Made by a program: the position numbers and the translations under genes. DNA of 64,000 bases from Smithellaceae bacterium (GTDB taxonomy: Bacteria; Desulfobacterota; Syntrophia; Syntrophales; Smithellaceae). The notes beneath the pieces were generated by a model that was given only the letters and a program-made list of their open reading frames with translations, was not told the origin of the DNA and ran no database searches. The DNA lies in assembly GCA_963667845.2 (NCBI GenBank), contig CAXXVL010000002.1, positions 608,001 to 672,000 on the forward strand. Direction: 5' to 3'. This document shows positions 29,941 to 40,753 of the stretch, piece after piece. The first letter of the stretch is position 1. Each line of letters starts with the position of its first letter.

Positions 29941-30830
29941 TTATAAAAAGTATTTTTTTCTTTGAGAATTCTCTCCAAATAATCCCGATAGGATGATTTA
30001 GGTGTTTCTTCGATCACCTGTTTCAGCTTCTTCTTATCGACAAAGCCCATCCGATAGGCAACCTCTTCGAGGCAGGCGATCTTTAAGCCCTGGCGAGCTT
30101 CCAGCGTTCCGATGAAATGGCTGGCCTCCAGAAGACTGGTATGGGTACCCGTGTCCAGCCAGGCGATGCCGCGCCCCAGGGCAACAACGTGCAGACCGCC
30201 GCGCCTCATATATTCCACATTGACATCCGTAATTTCTAATTCACCGCGCGCCGATGGTTTCATCGCCTTGGCGATTTCAGTGATGCTCCGGTCATAAAGA
30301 TATAATCCCGGCACGGCATAATTGGATTTCGGCTTAGCCGGCTTCTCCTCGATACTGACCGCTTTTCCCATTGCGTCAAATTCCACAACGCCGTAGCGCT
30401 CCGGGTCATTGACATAATAACCGAAGATGACCGCACCGTCTTGAAAGCCCTGGACGATCTTGTGGAGGTCCATCTGACCATAAAAGATGTTATCCCCCAG
30501 GATCAGACACACGGCTTCGCCGGCTATAAATTCCTCGCCAACCAGGAACGCCTGGGCAATGCCCTTGGGCTGGGGCTGCACTTTGTAAGATAGTTTTATG
30601 CCCCAGCGGCTGCCATCGCCCAGCAGGTCTTCAAAGCGGGGCGTGTCCTGGGGAGTGGAGATGATCAGAATATCCTGTATGCCTGCCGACATCAGCGTGG
30701 CTAAAGGGTAATAGATCATCGGTTTGTCATAAACCGGCTGCAATTGTTTGCTGGCCACCAGCGTCAGCGGATAAAGCCGGCTTCCCGCGCCCCCCGCTAA
30801 AATTATTCCTTTTTTAATACCCGACATCAT
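29934..30830 (-). CDS. rmlA: Glucose-1-phosphate thymidylyltransferase
   Basis: [49 protein letters not shown]. Confidence 0.97.
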   Translation of the reverse strand: MMSGIKKGIILAGGAGSRLYPLTLVASKQLQPVYDKPMIYYPLATLMSAGIQDILIISTPQDTPRFEDLLGDGSRWGIKLSYKVQPQPKGIAQAFLVGEEFIAGEAVCLILGDNIFYGQMDLHKIVQGFQDGAVIFGYYVNDPERYGVVEFDAMGKAVSIEEKPAKPKSNYAVPGLYLYDRSITEIAKAMKPSARGELEITDVNVEYMRRGGLHVVALGRGIAWLDTGTHTSLLEASHFIGTLEARQGLKIACLEEVAYRMGFVDKKKLKQVIEETPKSSYRDYLERILKEKNTFYNP

Positions 30831-30843
30831 TTCCTCCGGAAAT

Positions 30844-30990
30844 TAGCTCGTAGCTCATGGCTCGTGGCTCATAGTTTTCTGATTAATTTCTGGCTCGTAG
30901 CTCATGGCTCGTGGCTCGTAGTTTTCTGATTAATTTCTAGCTCGTAGCTTGTAGCCAAAAGCTGAACGTTGTGGTCTGTCGTTTATAGTC
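30844..30990. repeat. TCRTRGC heptamer array organised as a 47-bp tandem duplication
   Basis: The unit tagctcgtagctcatggctcgtggctcatagttttctgattaatttc starts at 30844 and 30891, with a partial copy at 30938. Confidence 0.9.
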
Positions 30991-31369
30991 CATTTTGGAC
31001 AGATTTAATAGAATTAATGAGGCTGTTTAACATTTTTGCAATTTCCGCAGCATCCGACTTCAGCTTATTGAATAATGATGCATCCATCCACTTACATCTC
31101 TGAAAAATTTCTAAAAGAGTAAGCGTTTCATAAAGTGATCCGCGAGCGATAAAAAGATACTGCACAAACTCCTTCTTTGAATATCTGCCTTTGCCTTCGG
31201 CTATGTTCATTGCCACTGATGTGCTCGCTGCCTCAAGTTGCTCAATCAATCTGTAGTGCTTTCTGCCCGTCTTTAATTCTTCCGATATATTAATGATTGC
31301 ATATGCCCAATCGACAGCCCTCTGCCATACCACAAGTTTTTCATACCCGAAATTAGCTTCATCGTCCAT
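30983..31369 (-). CDS. Four-helix-bundle protein (23S rRNA IVP / bAvd-like family)
   Basis: YEKLVVWQRA, LIEQLEAASTSVAMNIAEGKGR, QYLFIARGSLYET, AKMLNSLI. Confidence 0.92.
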   Translation of the reverse strand: MDDEANFGYEKLVVWQRAVDWAYAIINISEELKTGRKHYRLIEQLEAASTSVAMNIAEGKGRYSKKEFVQYLFIARGSLYETLTLLEIFQRCKWMDASLFNKLKSDAAEIAKMLNSLINSIKSVQNGL

Positions 31370-31537
31370 CAGTTATCACCTATCGGCTGCGAGCTATGCA
31401 CTATCTATTGCCATACATCTTCTCATAATATTACCGATAGCTGCCGTCTGTGACGGAGGCGATCCGGGCTTGATGGTCCTTCAGCAATATTGGATTGTAT
31501 GGACTATCCACTATCCACTATCCACCATCCACTATTC
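31370..31537. repeat. Two inverted-orientation heptamer arrays around a small hairpin
   Basis: 31370-31415 gctgcga gctatgc actatct; CCGTC-tgt-GACGG at 31444-31456; 31503-31537 (actatcc)x3 accatcc actattc. Confidence 0.85.
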
Positions 31538-31539
31538 TC

Positions 31540-32643
31540 TCAAATGCATTTTCTATAAACTTCAGCATACTTCTCTAACATGTTTTCTTCGGTAAAAAGC
31601 TTGGCGCGCTCGCGGGCATTATGTGAGCATTTCTCATAGAAGACAGGATCATCTTGTAGCTTTCTAATGGCAGACGCTAAAGCAACCGGATCACCTGGTG
31701 GAATGGTTATGCCGGTTATACCATCCAGACTCACAAAGGGTACACTTGACGGGAGATCAGTGTTGATCACAGGCAATCCATAAGACATGGCTTCGACCTG
31801 TACAATCCCAAAAGCTTCGCTGGCGTCGATTGACGGTAACGCAAAAATATCGGCATTCTTATACTCTATGGGAAGACGGTCATTTGATACATCCGTCAGG
31901 AAAGTAATTCGTGACTCCAGCCCCAATGTGTTGGTCAGCTGTCGCAAATTATTTAACTCTTCGCCGTTGCCGATAACGCGTAGACGCACTGCCGGTAAAT
32001 GTTGCAGAGCATGGATGAGATGCTCTACCCCCTTATATTTTCTAAGCTTACCAACGAAAAGAATGGTGGGGTCTGGCTTGTGCAACTTCCGCACGGTTGA
32101 TGAAGACTCCGATTCCTTAACACCTGAATAGGCCAATGGAATGACGTCGCACTTGTGTTGGTAATGCTGCAACGTCGGGGAGTGCTCCAGTAACTTTGGA
32201 CCTATTAAAATAATTTTTTGTGCTCTATCGAGAATGCGTAAAAGCGCCGGACGGAAAAGAGGAAATAGTCTTCTCCAGCGTGTATTGGCCGGGTCAGCGC
32301 ACCAGGTCACTATGAGCGGCTTGGAAATATATTCATTGAGCATCTCAGCATTTGGAAATGGCGAATGTAAATGCACCAAATCCGTCTTAGGAATGAGATT
32401 CCGCATTTCTCTCCCGAAAGATGAACTCACGGGTTGGCTAAAAAATTTAGCATGGCAAGTTACCCGCCGCACGGGAATTTCATCTACTTTGTCCCAGGCA
32501 GTTTTGATCCGTGCGATGTGATTGAATGTTAAAACGCTTGGTTCAATTCCATATTTAGGCATTCCACTACATAATTGCCGGACATATGTTTCCGTGCCGC
32601 CATACGATGGATAGTAATACTTCACAATATTGAGGATTTTCAT
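31540..32643 (-). CDS. GT4 glycosyltransferase (WbpZ/WbdC-like)
   Basis: KYYYPSYGGTE, HLHSPFP, FVGKLRKYKG, EAFGIVQVEAM. Confidence 0.88.
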   Translation of the reverse strand: MKILNIVKYYYPSYGGTETYVRQLCSGMPKYGIEPSVLTFNHIARIKTAWDKVDEIPVRRVTCHAKFFSQPVSSSFGREMRNLIPKTDLVHLHSPFPNAEMLNEYISKPLIVTWCADPANTRWRRLFPLFRPALLRILDRAQKIILIGPKLLEHSPTLQHYQHKCDVIPLAYSGVKESESSSTVRKLHKPDPTILFVGKLRKYKGVEHLIHALQHLPAVRLRVIGNGEELNNLRQLTNTLGLESRITFLTDVSNDRLPIEYKNADIFALPSIDASEAFGIVQVEAMSYGLPVINTDLPSSVPFVSLDGITGITIPPGDPVALASAIRKLQDDPVFYEKCSHNARERAKLFTEENMLEKYAEVYRKCI

Positions 32644-33768
32644 TTAATCGACAATTCCTTTCTTGGAGCCAACTTTTTCGAATGTGTCCAGTGTTTCCTC
32701 AGCGCAGCGCTTCCAAGAAAACTTTTTCACTCTCTCATAACCTTTAGATATCATAATTTTTCTTATTTCATCATTCACAAGAATCCTTTTCATTGCATCA
32801 GCCAGGCCCTTTTCATCATTGGGATCGATGAGCAGGGCCGCATCACCGGCGACCTCCGGCATGGACGATACGTTAGATGTTATAACAGGAACACCGTAAT
32901 TCATGGCCTCCAGGATGGGGAATCCAAAACCTTCATACAGGGAAGGATAGAGAAGGCATAAGGCATTTTGATAAATGAAAGAAAGACGAGCATCATCCAC
33001 ATATCCTGCAAGATGTATCCGGTTACGATGGCGATGCATTCCTAAAAGATTGATCGCATCTTTGCTTTTCCATCCGATATTGCCGACTATCACAAGATCG
33101 ACATCTTCACGGTCCGCATCCAGCAATGCGAACGCACTCAGGATAGCCTTTAAATTTTTCCTGGGTTCAAGTGTCCCCACAAACAAAAAAAACTTCTGGG
33201 GCAGCTTTTCATCAGCTGATATGGGTGAATGAATATGTTCTGCGAAAGCGGGAGCCCCCGGATAGACAACACCGATACTCGTTGGTTCTGTCTGATAATG
33301 TTCTTGAATACCCGAAGCTGTCGATATTGAGTCGGCAATTACATAATCAGCTCGCCGAATGGACTGTTTCATTAACAAACGCTCCGTGATCAGGGTCGGC
33401 AAATTCATTGTATGGGGAAATAAAACATGGACAATGTCGTGAATAGTCAAAACCGTTTTGATGTTTTTGGGCATAAACAGAGGCAACTGATGGCGTGGTC
33501 CCCAAAAGAGATCCAGCTTCAGTTTAGATGCAATGTGGGGAATGCAGCACTGCATCCATAACGTGCTGATCATTCTTTGAGGAAACCTGCCCTCGATTTT
33601 TTTCCATTGCGGATTAACCACTTCGAAATTAATCGCCTTATTGGAAATGAGGTAGTAATGATTCTCCTCGTCCAACTCCTGGATCGCTTGCAGCAGATTA
33701 TTCAAATAGACGCCGATCCCCGTTAATGGAGGATAGGAAACCGGCCGTGCATCAACACCAATGATCAT
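32644..33768 (-). CDS. GT4 glycosyltransferase (WbpY/WbdB-like)
   Basis: TGIGVY, TIHD, VGTLEPRKN, YEGFGFPILEAM. Confidence 0.9.
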   Translation of the reverse strand: MIIGVDARPVSYPPLTGIGVYLNNLLQAIQELDEENHYYLISNKAINFEVVNPQWKKIEGRFPQRMISTLWMQCCIPHIASKLKLDLFWGPRHQLPLFMPKNIKTVLTIHDIVHVLFPHTMNLPTLITERLLMKQSIRRADYVIADSISTASGIQEHYQTEPTSIGVVYPGAPAFAEHIHSPISADEKLPQKFFLFVGTLEPRKNLKAILSAFALLDADREDVDLVIVGNIGWKSKDAINLLGMHRHRNRIHLAGYVDDARLSFIYQNALCLLYPSLYEGFGFPILEAMNYGVPVITSNVSSMPEVAGDAALLIDPNDEKGLADAMKRILVNDEIRKIMISKGYERVKKFSWKRCAEETLDTFEKVGSKKGIVD

Positions 33769-33853
33769 GAGTAGTTCACCTTAGTTCCTATCGATCGAGC
33801 TGGGGGCCAGCTGCAAGTGGTCCGGTTCTTTGGACAGGCAGGGATTATGATAT

Positions 33854-36800
33854 TCATCCTCTGAATTCCTCCCTAGAAGCGTGCCACCGATTATTGAGGA
33901 TTATATCCAGCAGTTGTTTAGCACTTTCCTTCCATGTCAACCATTGCATATCGTCAGATTTCGGGTGATTCCCTTCTTTGTGAAGCGTAAGCCACTCCAG
34001 AATATCGTCAGCAAGGGCGCGAGGCTCGCTTCTGTTGAAGTAAAAAGCATGATCACCCGCCACTTCGCGAAACACGGGAATGTCGCGGGCAATGATTGGT
34101 AATTTGTGCTGAGCCGCTTCGATCAGTGGGAGGCCGAAACCTTCACCAAAGGAGGCCGCAATCAGGCAGGTGGCAGCGGCGTAGATCTTTTCCAGATATT
34201 CGTCGCTGATGCCTTCGAGCCAGAACAAGTGTTTGTTCAGCTTGGGATGGGCACGCAGACGGCCGACGAGTTCATCGACCATCCAGCCCTGTTTGCCGAC
34301 AATGACTAAGTTGACTTCCAGCCCAGCCCGCCAGAGCTTCTCAAAAGCATACAATACCTCTATGTGGCCCTTTCGCGGTTCCAGAGTCCCAACCATGAGA
34401 AAGCTGTTGAGATTGCGCAGATGTTCCAGGACGTCCCCGGCGCTGGACGGCAATCCTTTACCGGGTAATAAATTTTCCATATCGGCGCCGAGATGGAACC
34501 AGTTTATTGTAAAAGGGCGCGGGCGTTCCGGACCATTCTTCTCTACCCAGTAAGCCAGCTCATCGGCCACAGCTTTAGAGATGCAAACCGCACCATCGCT
34601 TTGGGCAACAACTTCCAGCCAATGTGAGAAATTTTCGTTTGCACCAGGCGCAAAATGCAACGGCATATGAACGCATAACAAGTCATACACGGCGAAGATC
34701 ACCTGCGCACCCTGGCTGCGAAGCTCTCGATAGAATGCGCGATATATGATTTGTGCCTGCGGCTCCAAATCCAGGGCAAAGAAAATATCCCCTGGCGCAT
34801 ATTCTATAGGTTCATCCTGCAGCACACTATCCGGACAGTTCAAAAAATCTAAAGTAAAACGCCGCGCATATCGATACCGGCGATCAACTGTGGCATACAC
34901 GGGCTCGACCCGGTACCCCGCCGGCGGGTTATTAAGCCACTCCCAAAGGACGTTTCGGACAACACGCTGAATACCGCTCCTGGCATCGCGTTGAACCAAT
35001 TCGGAAATATCCACCAGGAGTTGCCTTTGTCTATTTCGCAGGGGAAAATTTTGAGCGATGGCATCTGCCAGCTGGATTAAATCGGTATCCCCTAGAGTCG
35101 GATCGTGAATGTCGGCAATTGCGTTTGGCAAGGCCGGTAAACCGGACCCTGCAGACCGATAGAAACGCTCAATTTCCGCCCGGTATTGTTCGGCACAGAC
35201 TCGCGGATCGTGATCACGGAGAATGATTTCTCTGGCTGTTTTCCCCAGCCGAATCCGCTGAGTTTCTTTCTGCCAGAGTGTTTCCAAAGCCTCGACAAGC
35301 TGTTCATTGGCAAACTCATCGGGCAGTTTCCATACTGCTTCATCCTGAAGATCAGCTATGCTGCCGTTGGCATTGACAATGGTTGCAAGGCCGTAGTTCA
35401 TGCAATCAAGCACCGTAGCGGACGTCTCCCCGCGGGAACGAGTGCGGAGTTGGACTCCAATATCAGAGGCAGTAAGATATTGACGGAAATCTTCCCCGTC
35501 AGTCCAGCCCGTGATGCGGATATTCTTTGACGACTGACTGCGACGTATAGCCCTGAGCAAATCCTGGCCGTATTCGCCGGAATTGTTCTCTCCAACGAAG
35601 ATCAGGTAGCAGGATTTAGAACGCGCCAGAGAGGAGGTTAACCATGCCTGAAGTAATCGGTGATTAAGCTTGGTAGGTCCTAGAAGCCCAAACGAACAAA
35701 CCAGAAAATCATCAGCATGAAAACCAAGAGCTTTTCGGGCGGAGAACTTATTTTGATCTATTCGCGAATCACGCGCCAGGGGTATCACTGTCCAATCGGT
35801 CTCATCACCCCCATACCACCGTTTCGCAAGCCGCAGTGAACTGGGCGAATGCACAATGATACCAAGACTATCCTGAATCACGCTGAGGCTGCAGGGGTAC
35901 TTCCAGGCAACTTCGGCTGTATCTTTGCGATGAAAGCGATCCCGGAGTGCTGCGAAGCCATGGGATGTATAAAGCTCACGTGCCCAACACCCCGGGGTTG
36001 CACCATGGTCATCCATGTACGCCGTAATTTGAGAAAGGAAGAAATCGTGCAGCACCACAACTCCCGGAACAGCCTTCAGAAGACTAAACATGTGCTCATG
36101 AAATTGAGAATTGCCGAAGTGATACACAACCCGCTGGTATCGCGCAGTGTTATCAATCAACCACTGGACAGAGCGAATTGGGCAGTTACCCTTGATCCAT
36201 GGATCCGAAATCGTGTCCTGCGCGACAACGACATCGATCTCATAGTGGCGAGCAAGTTCAGGTAACAGCTCGGCACTATAGTCAGCAATTCCAGACCTCT
36301 CGGGGCGAAGTGGTGAAACGTAAGCCAGCCTTGGCCGCCGTTCCGCTACGTTACTAATCTCAGGCAGGGCCCGGCGCTCGAAAACGAGATGTTCCATCGC
36401 CGCAATAGCCTGCCTGGCGCTCTCATCCCAGGAAAATTTGGCAGACTGCTCTTTACCGTTCCCGACGAGCCTGTCCCGGAATATGGGGTCCGATATAGCA
36501 CGTTCCATAGCGCACGCCATTGCCTCGTCCGAATGCGGGTCGAACAAAGCCTCCTTCCAACCGATCACCTCGGGCAGACTGGACGTATTGGCTCCAATCA
36601 CGGGTGCGCCGCAGCGCATGGCCTCCAACGCCGGCAGGCCGAACCCTTCATGCCAGGACGGAAAGACGAACAGCGTACAGAGGTTGTAGAGGGCAACCAG
36701 GTCATCTTCCGGCACAAATCCGGTTAATGTTACATCTTCTTTGGTCAGGCCCTGTTGCATAGCAAGTTGTTCCAGCATGCGCTTGCTTTCGGGCTGCACG

Positions 36801-37600
36801 GAACACACGACGGCCAACTGATGGGCTTTGCGCAAACCTTCTGGCAGCCTGGCGAAGGCACGAATCAACCCCTCGATGTTCTTGCGATGATCAATGCCGC
36901 CGGTGTACATCACGAACGGGCGATGCAATCCGAATTTTTGGCGCAGTGTCTGTTCCGAGTCAGCCGAAAGACTGAGGGGTTGAAATTGCGGCCCGGCATC
37001 GGTGGAAATGTTGACCGAACGCGTTTCAGGCAAGCCGAGGTGGCTGATGCCTTCCCTTCGGGAGGATTCCGAAATGGCCAGCCAAAGATCGGCACGACGC
37101 AGGTGTTCAATTTTGCCGAGATACCAGGTCTCAAAAGCCGGATTTTCGAGATAGAGTTTACGGTGAATATAAGGAATCAGATCGTAGAGCGTTACTGCGG
37201 TGGGGATGGTATGCGACAATAAGCCAATGCTGGTTATCGCATCGTCTCCGAACCCCTCAAACAGACTGGCCACGTGCACGACATCCGGCCGCAGACTGGC
37301 GAGGAAGGCTTCCCGAACTCGTTCTGCCGTTTGGCGACGCCAATCATTGTCGGTGTCGATGCTTGCAACGGGTCCGACGGTGTTCCATATCCGGATGTTC
37401 TCTTGTGGCAACACTCCTTCAAAGGCGGCACGAATCGGTTCGATGGTGTCTGGGAATAGAGCATTGAGGGCAATAAACACTTCATGCCGCCCACGATTCC
37501 ACACCATCGCCAACGCCAGGGACAACGAGTAACGACCAATGCCCCGGTTGCGCGAACCTGTGGATTGAGCCCCCTGCATGTCAATAACAATACGCATCAA
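33854..37600 (-). CDS. Three-domain GT4 polymerase (WbdA/WbpX-like)
   Basis: RGIGRY...EGFGLPALEAM; SGIADYS...GETSA; SGIQRVV...EGFGLPLIEAA. Confidence 0.88.
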   Translation of the reverse strand: MMRIVIDMQGAQSTGSRNRGIGRYSLSLALAMVWNRGRHEVFIALNALFPDTIEPIRAAFEGVLPQENIRIWNTVGPVASIDTDNDWRRQTAERVREAFLASLRPDVVHVASLFEGFGDDAITSIGLLSHTIPTAVTLYDLIPYIHRKLYLENPAFETWYLGKIEHLRRADLWLAISESSRREGISHLGLPETRSVNISTDAGPQFQPLSLSADSEQTLRQKFGLHRPFVMYTGGIDHRKNIEGLIRAFARLPEGLRKAHQLAVVCSVQPESKRMLEQLAMQQGLTKEDVTLTGFVPEDDLVALYNLCTLFVFPSWHEGFGLPALEAMRCGAPVIGANTSSLPEVIGWKEALFDPHSDEAMACAMERAISDPIFRDRLVGNGKEQSAKFSWDESARQAIAAMEHLVFERRALPEISNVAERRPRLAYVSPLRPERSGIADYSAELLPELARHYEIDVVVAQDTISDPWIKGNCPIRSVQWLIDNTARYQRVVYHFGNSQFHEHMFSLLKAVPGVVVLHDFFLSQITAYMDDHGATPGCWARELYTSHGFAALRDRFHRKDTAEVAWKYPCSLSVIQDSLGIIVHSPSSLRLAKRWYGGDETDWTVIPLARDSRIDQNKFSARKALGFHADDFLVCSFGLLGPTKLNHRLLQAWLTSSLARSKSCYLIFVGENNSGEYGQDLLRAIRRSQSSKNIRITGWTDGEDFRQYLTASDIGVQLRTRSRGETSATVLDCMNYGLATIVNANGSIADLQDEAVWKLPDEFANEQLVEALETLWQKETQRIRLGKTAREIILRDHDPRVCAEQYRAEIERFYRSAGSGLPALPNAIADIHDPTLGDTDLIQLADAIAQNFPLRNRQRQLLVDISELVQRDARSGIQRVVRNVLWEWLNNPPAGYRVEPVYATVDRRYRYARRFTLDFLNCPDSVLQDEPIEYAPGDIFFALDLEPQAQIIYRAFYRELRSQGAQVIFAVYDLLCVHMPLHFAPGANENFSHWLEVVAQSDGAVCISKAVADELAYWVEKNGPERPRPFTINWFHLGADMENLLPGKGLPSSAGDVLEHLRNLNSFLMVGTLEPRKGHIEVLYAFEKLWRAGLEVNLVIVGKQGWMVDELVGRLRAHPKLNKHLFWLEGISDEYLEKIYAAATCLIAASFGEGFGLPLIEAAQHKLPIIARDIPVFREVAGDHAFYFNRSEPRALADDILEWLTLHKEGNHPKSDDMQWLTWKESAKQLLDIILNNRWHASREEFRG

Positions 37601-38742
37601 TTCTGATCCTTTTGATGCCGGTCCATAGCAGTCTTCAGGTCATTATAAATTTGCCGAGCACGCGGGGCAAGCTGCTCCGGTCCCCCAACGGTGAAGAAAT
37701 GCATTGGTGTAACGTTAACCGTTCCTAATCTTTTCAGGCGAGCTTTTAGAGTGGGGATATGACTTAAAAATCTGAGAGCGATTCTTTTGAGGCGAGAATG
37801 GTCCACTACATATCGTTTGAACTTGATGGCCAGCTGCCTTGCCATCCTTTTTGGTCTGGTCATGGGTGCAAAGGTTAATTGCGCGATGCCGGCCGGCACA
37901 AACCAGCGGGCAGCCTTGCCCGTCAAACGCAAGGGCCTGGTCACTTTCCAGGATCGGCTGTTATATACAGCCTGCAAACCCACCTCGGCCTGCCGAGCTC
38001 TGCTCTCGGCCTGGTGAGCCCTGGTCTTGGCCTCAATCGCCCCGGCTTCTGCTTTGGATACCCTACTCAAAACTATACCATCAAAAACATTAGGCGGAAT
38101 TTTGAATTTATCCTGCAACTCATTATGACTATTATGTAAATAGAAACGATTTAACCCGTCAAAGTATACAAAAATATACCCCTTCTCCAGGACAAGCGGC
38201 TCCCAGATGTCGGAAACATCAATTGTCGAGAAAGGCTTAGTACTTTCAATAACCAATATCCAGGGCCGGGCCTTCGCACCTTCCCAGCTCTGCAGCACAT
38301 CGTGCTCCATACCTTCAACATCTATTTTAAGCCAATGTATTTCCCGGTCATCATATTTATCCAGGATATCTTGCAAGGGCAGGACTTCTATTTTTGTTTT
38401 TATAAATGAAAAACCATTCTTCCTGTGCTGCTCCGCAACTTCGGGATCTCCCGTTGACAACCCCGTATCTGAGAATTCATAAAAATCAAGAAACCCTTTT
38501 TGACTGCCAATTGCTACTTGCTCGACACATTCATCCGGGCGCGAAGACCTCAGCTTGTCGGAATATTGCTTCGTGGGCTCAACATGAACACCTCGCCATC
38601 CTCGTTCATAAAAAGCCAGGCTTACGGAATCGATTTCAGGATCGTTTGCACCAACATCAATATAAAAACCGTTTTCAACATGCTGCAGCGCACGCCAAAG
38701 CATCACATCTTCAAAATTCTGGGCGTAAGATACGATGGGCAT
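37597..38742 (-). CDS. FkbM-family methyltransferase with coiled coil (WbdD-like chain terminator)
   Basis: SYAQNFEDV, IDVGANDP, LKIDVEG, DGLNRFY, and an AEA-rich coil followed by SRSWKVTRPLR. Confidence 0.85.
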   Translation of the reverse strand: MPIVSYAQNFEDVMLWRALQHVENGFYIDVGANDPEIDSVSLAFYERGWRGVHVEPTKQYSDKLRSSRPDECVEQVAIGSQKGFLDFYEFSDTGLSTGDPEVAEQHRKNGFSFIKTKIEVLPLQDILDKYDDREIHWLKIDVEGMEHDVLQSWEGAKARPWILVIESTKPFSTIDVSDIWEPLVLEKGYIFVYFDGLNRFYLHNSHNELQDKFKIPPNVFDGIVLSRVSKAEAGAIEAKTRAHQAESRARQAEVGLQAVYNSRSWKVTRPLRLTGKAARWFVPAGIAQLTFAPMTRPKRMARQLAIKFKRYVVDHSRLKRIALRFLSHIPTLKARLKRLGTVNVTPMHFFTVGGPEQLAPRARQIYNDLKTAMDRHQKDQN

Positions 38743-39962
38743 CAGGTTATGATCTCAATTTCGGGTTCTATCCATGACGACCCTGCAAAATGTGTTCGTG
38801 ACATATTGACCACGTTGAACACCAACGCCAGGTCCCGCCATTCGTAATTGTTCTCGAGATGCGTCTCCGAGCTCACCAGCGCTGTTTGAACGGAGTAAGT
38901 GCCGGGACCCAGATTTGCCGCAAACTTAATATTAAAAATACAGGTGTCGCCCGCATGAACGTCATTTAAGATCTGTTTGGTATGAAATGTATTCGTGCCG
39001 TACATGACCTGACCCAACCGGTCTTTAATACCGTAACCCAATACCAGTTGAGAAAGTGCTTTGTCTGCTCTGGCAGTAACCTGCAACGTTATCCTTTCGC
39101 CGACATTAACGACCTCGACACGCTGCCCTTTCTCATTGAGCAATGCAATGTCTATCACGGTTGCTTCACCGGAACCGGAAATAGTCTGCGTTTTTCCATC
39201 CTTCTGAACCTTCTGCTCAACCTTATAGTTCTCCCTGTCCGCAAGTATGGCATTGTAAAAATCCATCACCATCTCAGGCTCACCTTCCCTCGCCAGTTTC
39301 CCGGCGGCAAGCAGGATAGCCCGATCACAGATCGACTGAATGGCATTTTTGTCGTGTGAGACCAGGAGCAGCGTTGTGCCCTGCTGTCTGAACTTCCGGA
39401 TACGGTCAAAACTTTTATGCTGGAAGTAGGCGTCTCCAACGGAAAGGGCTTCATCCACAATCAACACATCGGGCCGATGAGCCGTGGCCACACTAAAAGC
39501 CAGGCGCACCTGCATGCCGCTGGAATAAACCCGCACGGGTTGATCGATGTAATCGCCGATCTCGGCAAAGGCCTCGATTTCGGGCATCACCTGGCTGATA
39601 TCTTCGACTGTGTAACCCAGTAGCTGGCCCGCCATATACACATTCTGTCTGCCGGTAAAGTCCGGATGAAAGCCCATTCCGAGTTCCAGCAGTGCCGACA
39701 CGCGGCCGGTGATTTGCACGCAACCGGTCGTGGGCATGGCTGTTCCGGTGATCAATTTCAGGAGTGTACTTTTGCCGGCCCCGTTCATACCCACAATCCC
39801 AACGGACTCGCCGGGGCTGACGGTGAAGTTAATATTCTGCAACACCCAGGTCAGATCGTGCCATTGCTTATTTCCGGGCAACACCCACTCCGCCAGCCTA
39901 GACCAGCGGTTCAGGTATTTCTTGTAGGCTTTACCCAGGTCTCTTACGGTAATTTGTCCCAT
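38742..39962 (-). CDS. wzt: Wzt ABC ATPase with C-terminal carbohydrate-binding domain
   Basis: GMNGAGKSTL, YSSGMQVRLAF, VDEALSVGD and a Wzt_C extension. Confidence 0.93.
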   Translation of the reverse strand: MGQITVRDLGKAYKKYLNRWSRLAEWVLPGNKQWHDLTWVLQNINFTVSPGESVGIVGMNGAGKSTLLKLITGTAMPTTGCVQITGRVSALLELGMGFHPDFTGRQNVYMAGQLLGYTVEDISQVMPEIEAFAEIGDYIDQPVRVYSSGMQVRLAFSVATAHRPDVLIVDEALSVGDAYFQHKSFDRIRKFRQQGTTLLLVSHDKNAIQSICDRAILLAAGKLAREGEPEMVMDFYNAILADRENYKVEQKVQKDGKTQTISGSGEATVIDIALLNEKGQRVEVVNVGERITLQVTARADKALSQLVLGYGIKDRLGQVMYGTNTFHTKQILNDVHAGDTCIFNIKFAANLGPGTYSVQTALVSSETHLENNYEWRDLALVFNVVNMSRTHFAGSSWIEPEIEIIT

Positions 39963-40753
39963 TAAAGCTCGTCCACTATTTCGCCGGCGTGTTTGCGGAA
40001 CAGGCGCACCCCTGCCGCACAGAAAAAAATTCCCAGTAACAGCACGGGAATCAGCGCCTGCCAGTCAGGCAGCTGGGCCCGAACCAGTATGGTCTGGTAG
40101 GCTCCCATCAGACCCGTCATGGGGTTGTAGTTCAACAACTCCTGAGCCTGCCTGGGCAGGATAGTTATCGGGTAAACAATCGGTGTCAGCCAGAACCAGA
40201 ACTGAAGAATTACGCCGAATGCCTGGCCTACATCACGAAAGAAGACGTTCAATACCCCAAGAGTAACGCCGAGGCCAATGGCAAACAAAACCTGCACAAT
40301 CAGAACCGGGATAATGACAAAGAACACCAGCCCCGGAAAAGTGCCTGTTATGATCAAAAACAGCGTGAACAGGCCAAATATAATGGCAAAGTTGATTAGC
40401 GCGGTGGCAACCACGGTTACCGGAAGGCATAGCCGTGGAAAGCTGACCTTCTTCAACAGATTGCCATGCTCCAGGAAGGTATTCTGCCCCCGACCCACAA
40501 TCTCGGCAAACAGCCCCCAGGTGAGAATGCCGGCACAGAGGTAAATACTGTAACCAAAGCTGTTTTCCACACCCGGCAGTTTTGCCCGCATGATCTGGGA
40601 GAAGATAACGGTGTAAACCAGAATCATCGACAGCGGCTGAATGACTGTCCAGGCCACCCCCAAGAGTGAGTTCAGGTATTTGGATTGAAATTCTCTTTTG
40701 ACACTGAGCAGGATGAAACCACGATAGGACCAGATGCCTCTAAGCATGCCCAT
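39962..40753 (-). CDS. wzm: Wzm ABC permease
   Basis: SLLGVAWTVIQP, LLKKVSFP, FFRDV, WLTPIVYP, YNPM. Start moved to 40753. Confidence 0.92.
   Translation of the reverse strand: MGMLRGIWSYRGFILLSVKREFQSKYLNSLLGVAWTVIQPLSMILVYTVIFSQIMRAKLPGVENSFGYSIYLCAGILTWGLFAEIVGRGQNTFLEHGNLLKKVSFPRLCLPVTVVATALINFAIIFGLFTLFLIITGTFPGLVFFVIIPVLIVQVLFAIGLGVTLGVLNVFFRDVGQAFGVILQFWFWLTPIVYPITILPRQAQELLNYNPMTGLMGAYQTILVRAQLPDWQALIPVLLLGIFFCAAGVRLFRKHAGEIVDEL

Noticed and set aside
20573..31537. Repeat arrays as CRISPR
   Set aside because: Units are 7 nt and tandem, there is no constant repeat with unique spacers, and no cas genes are present.
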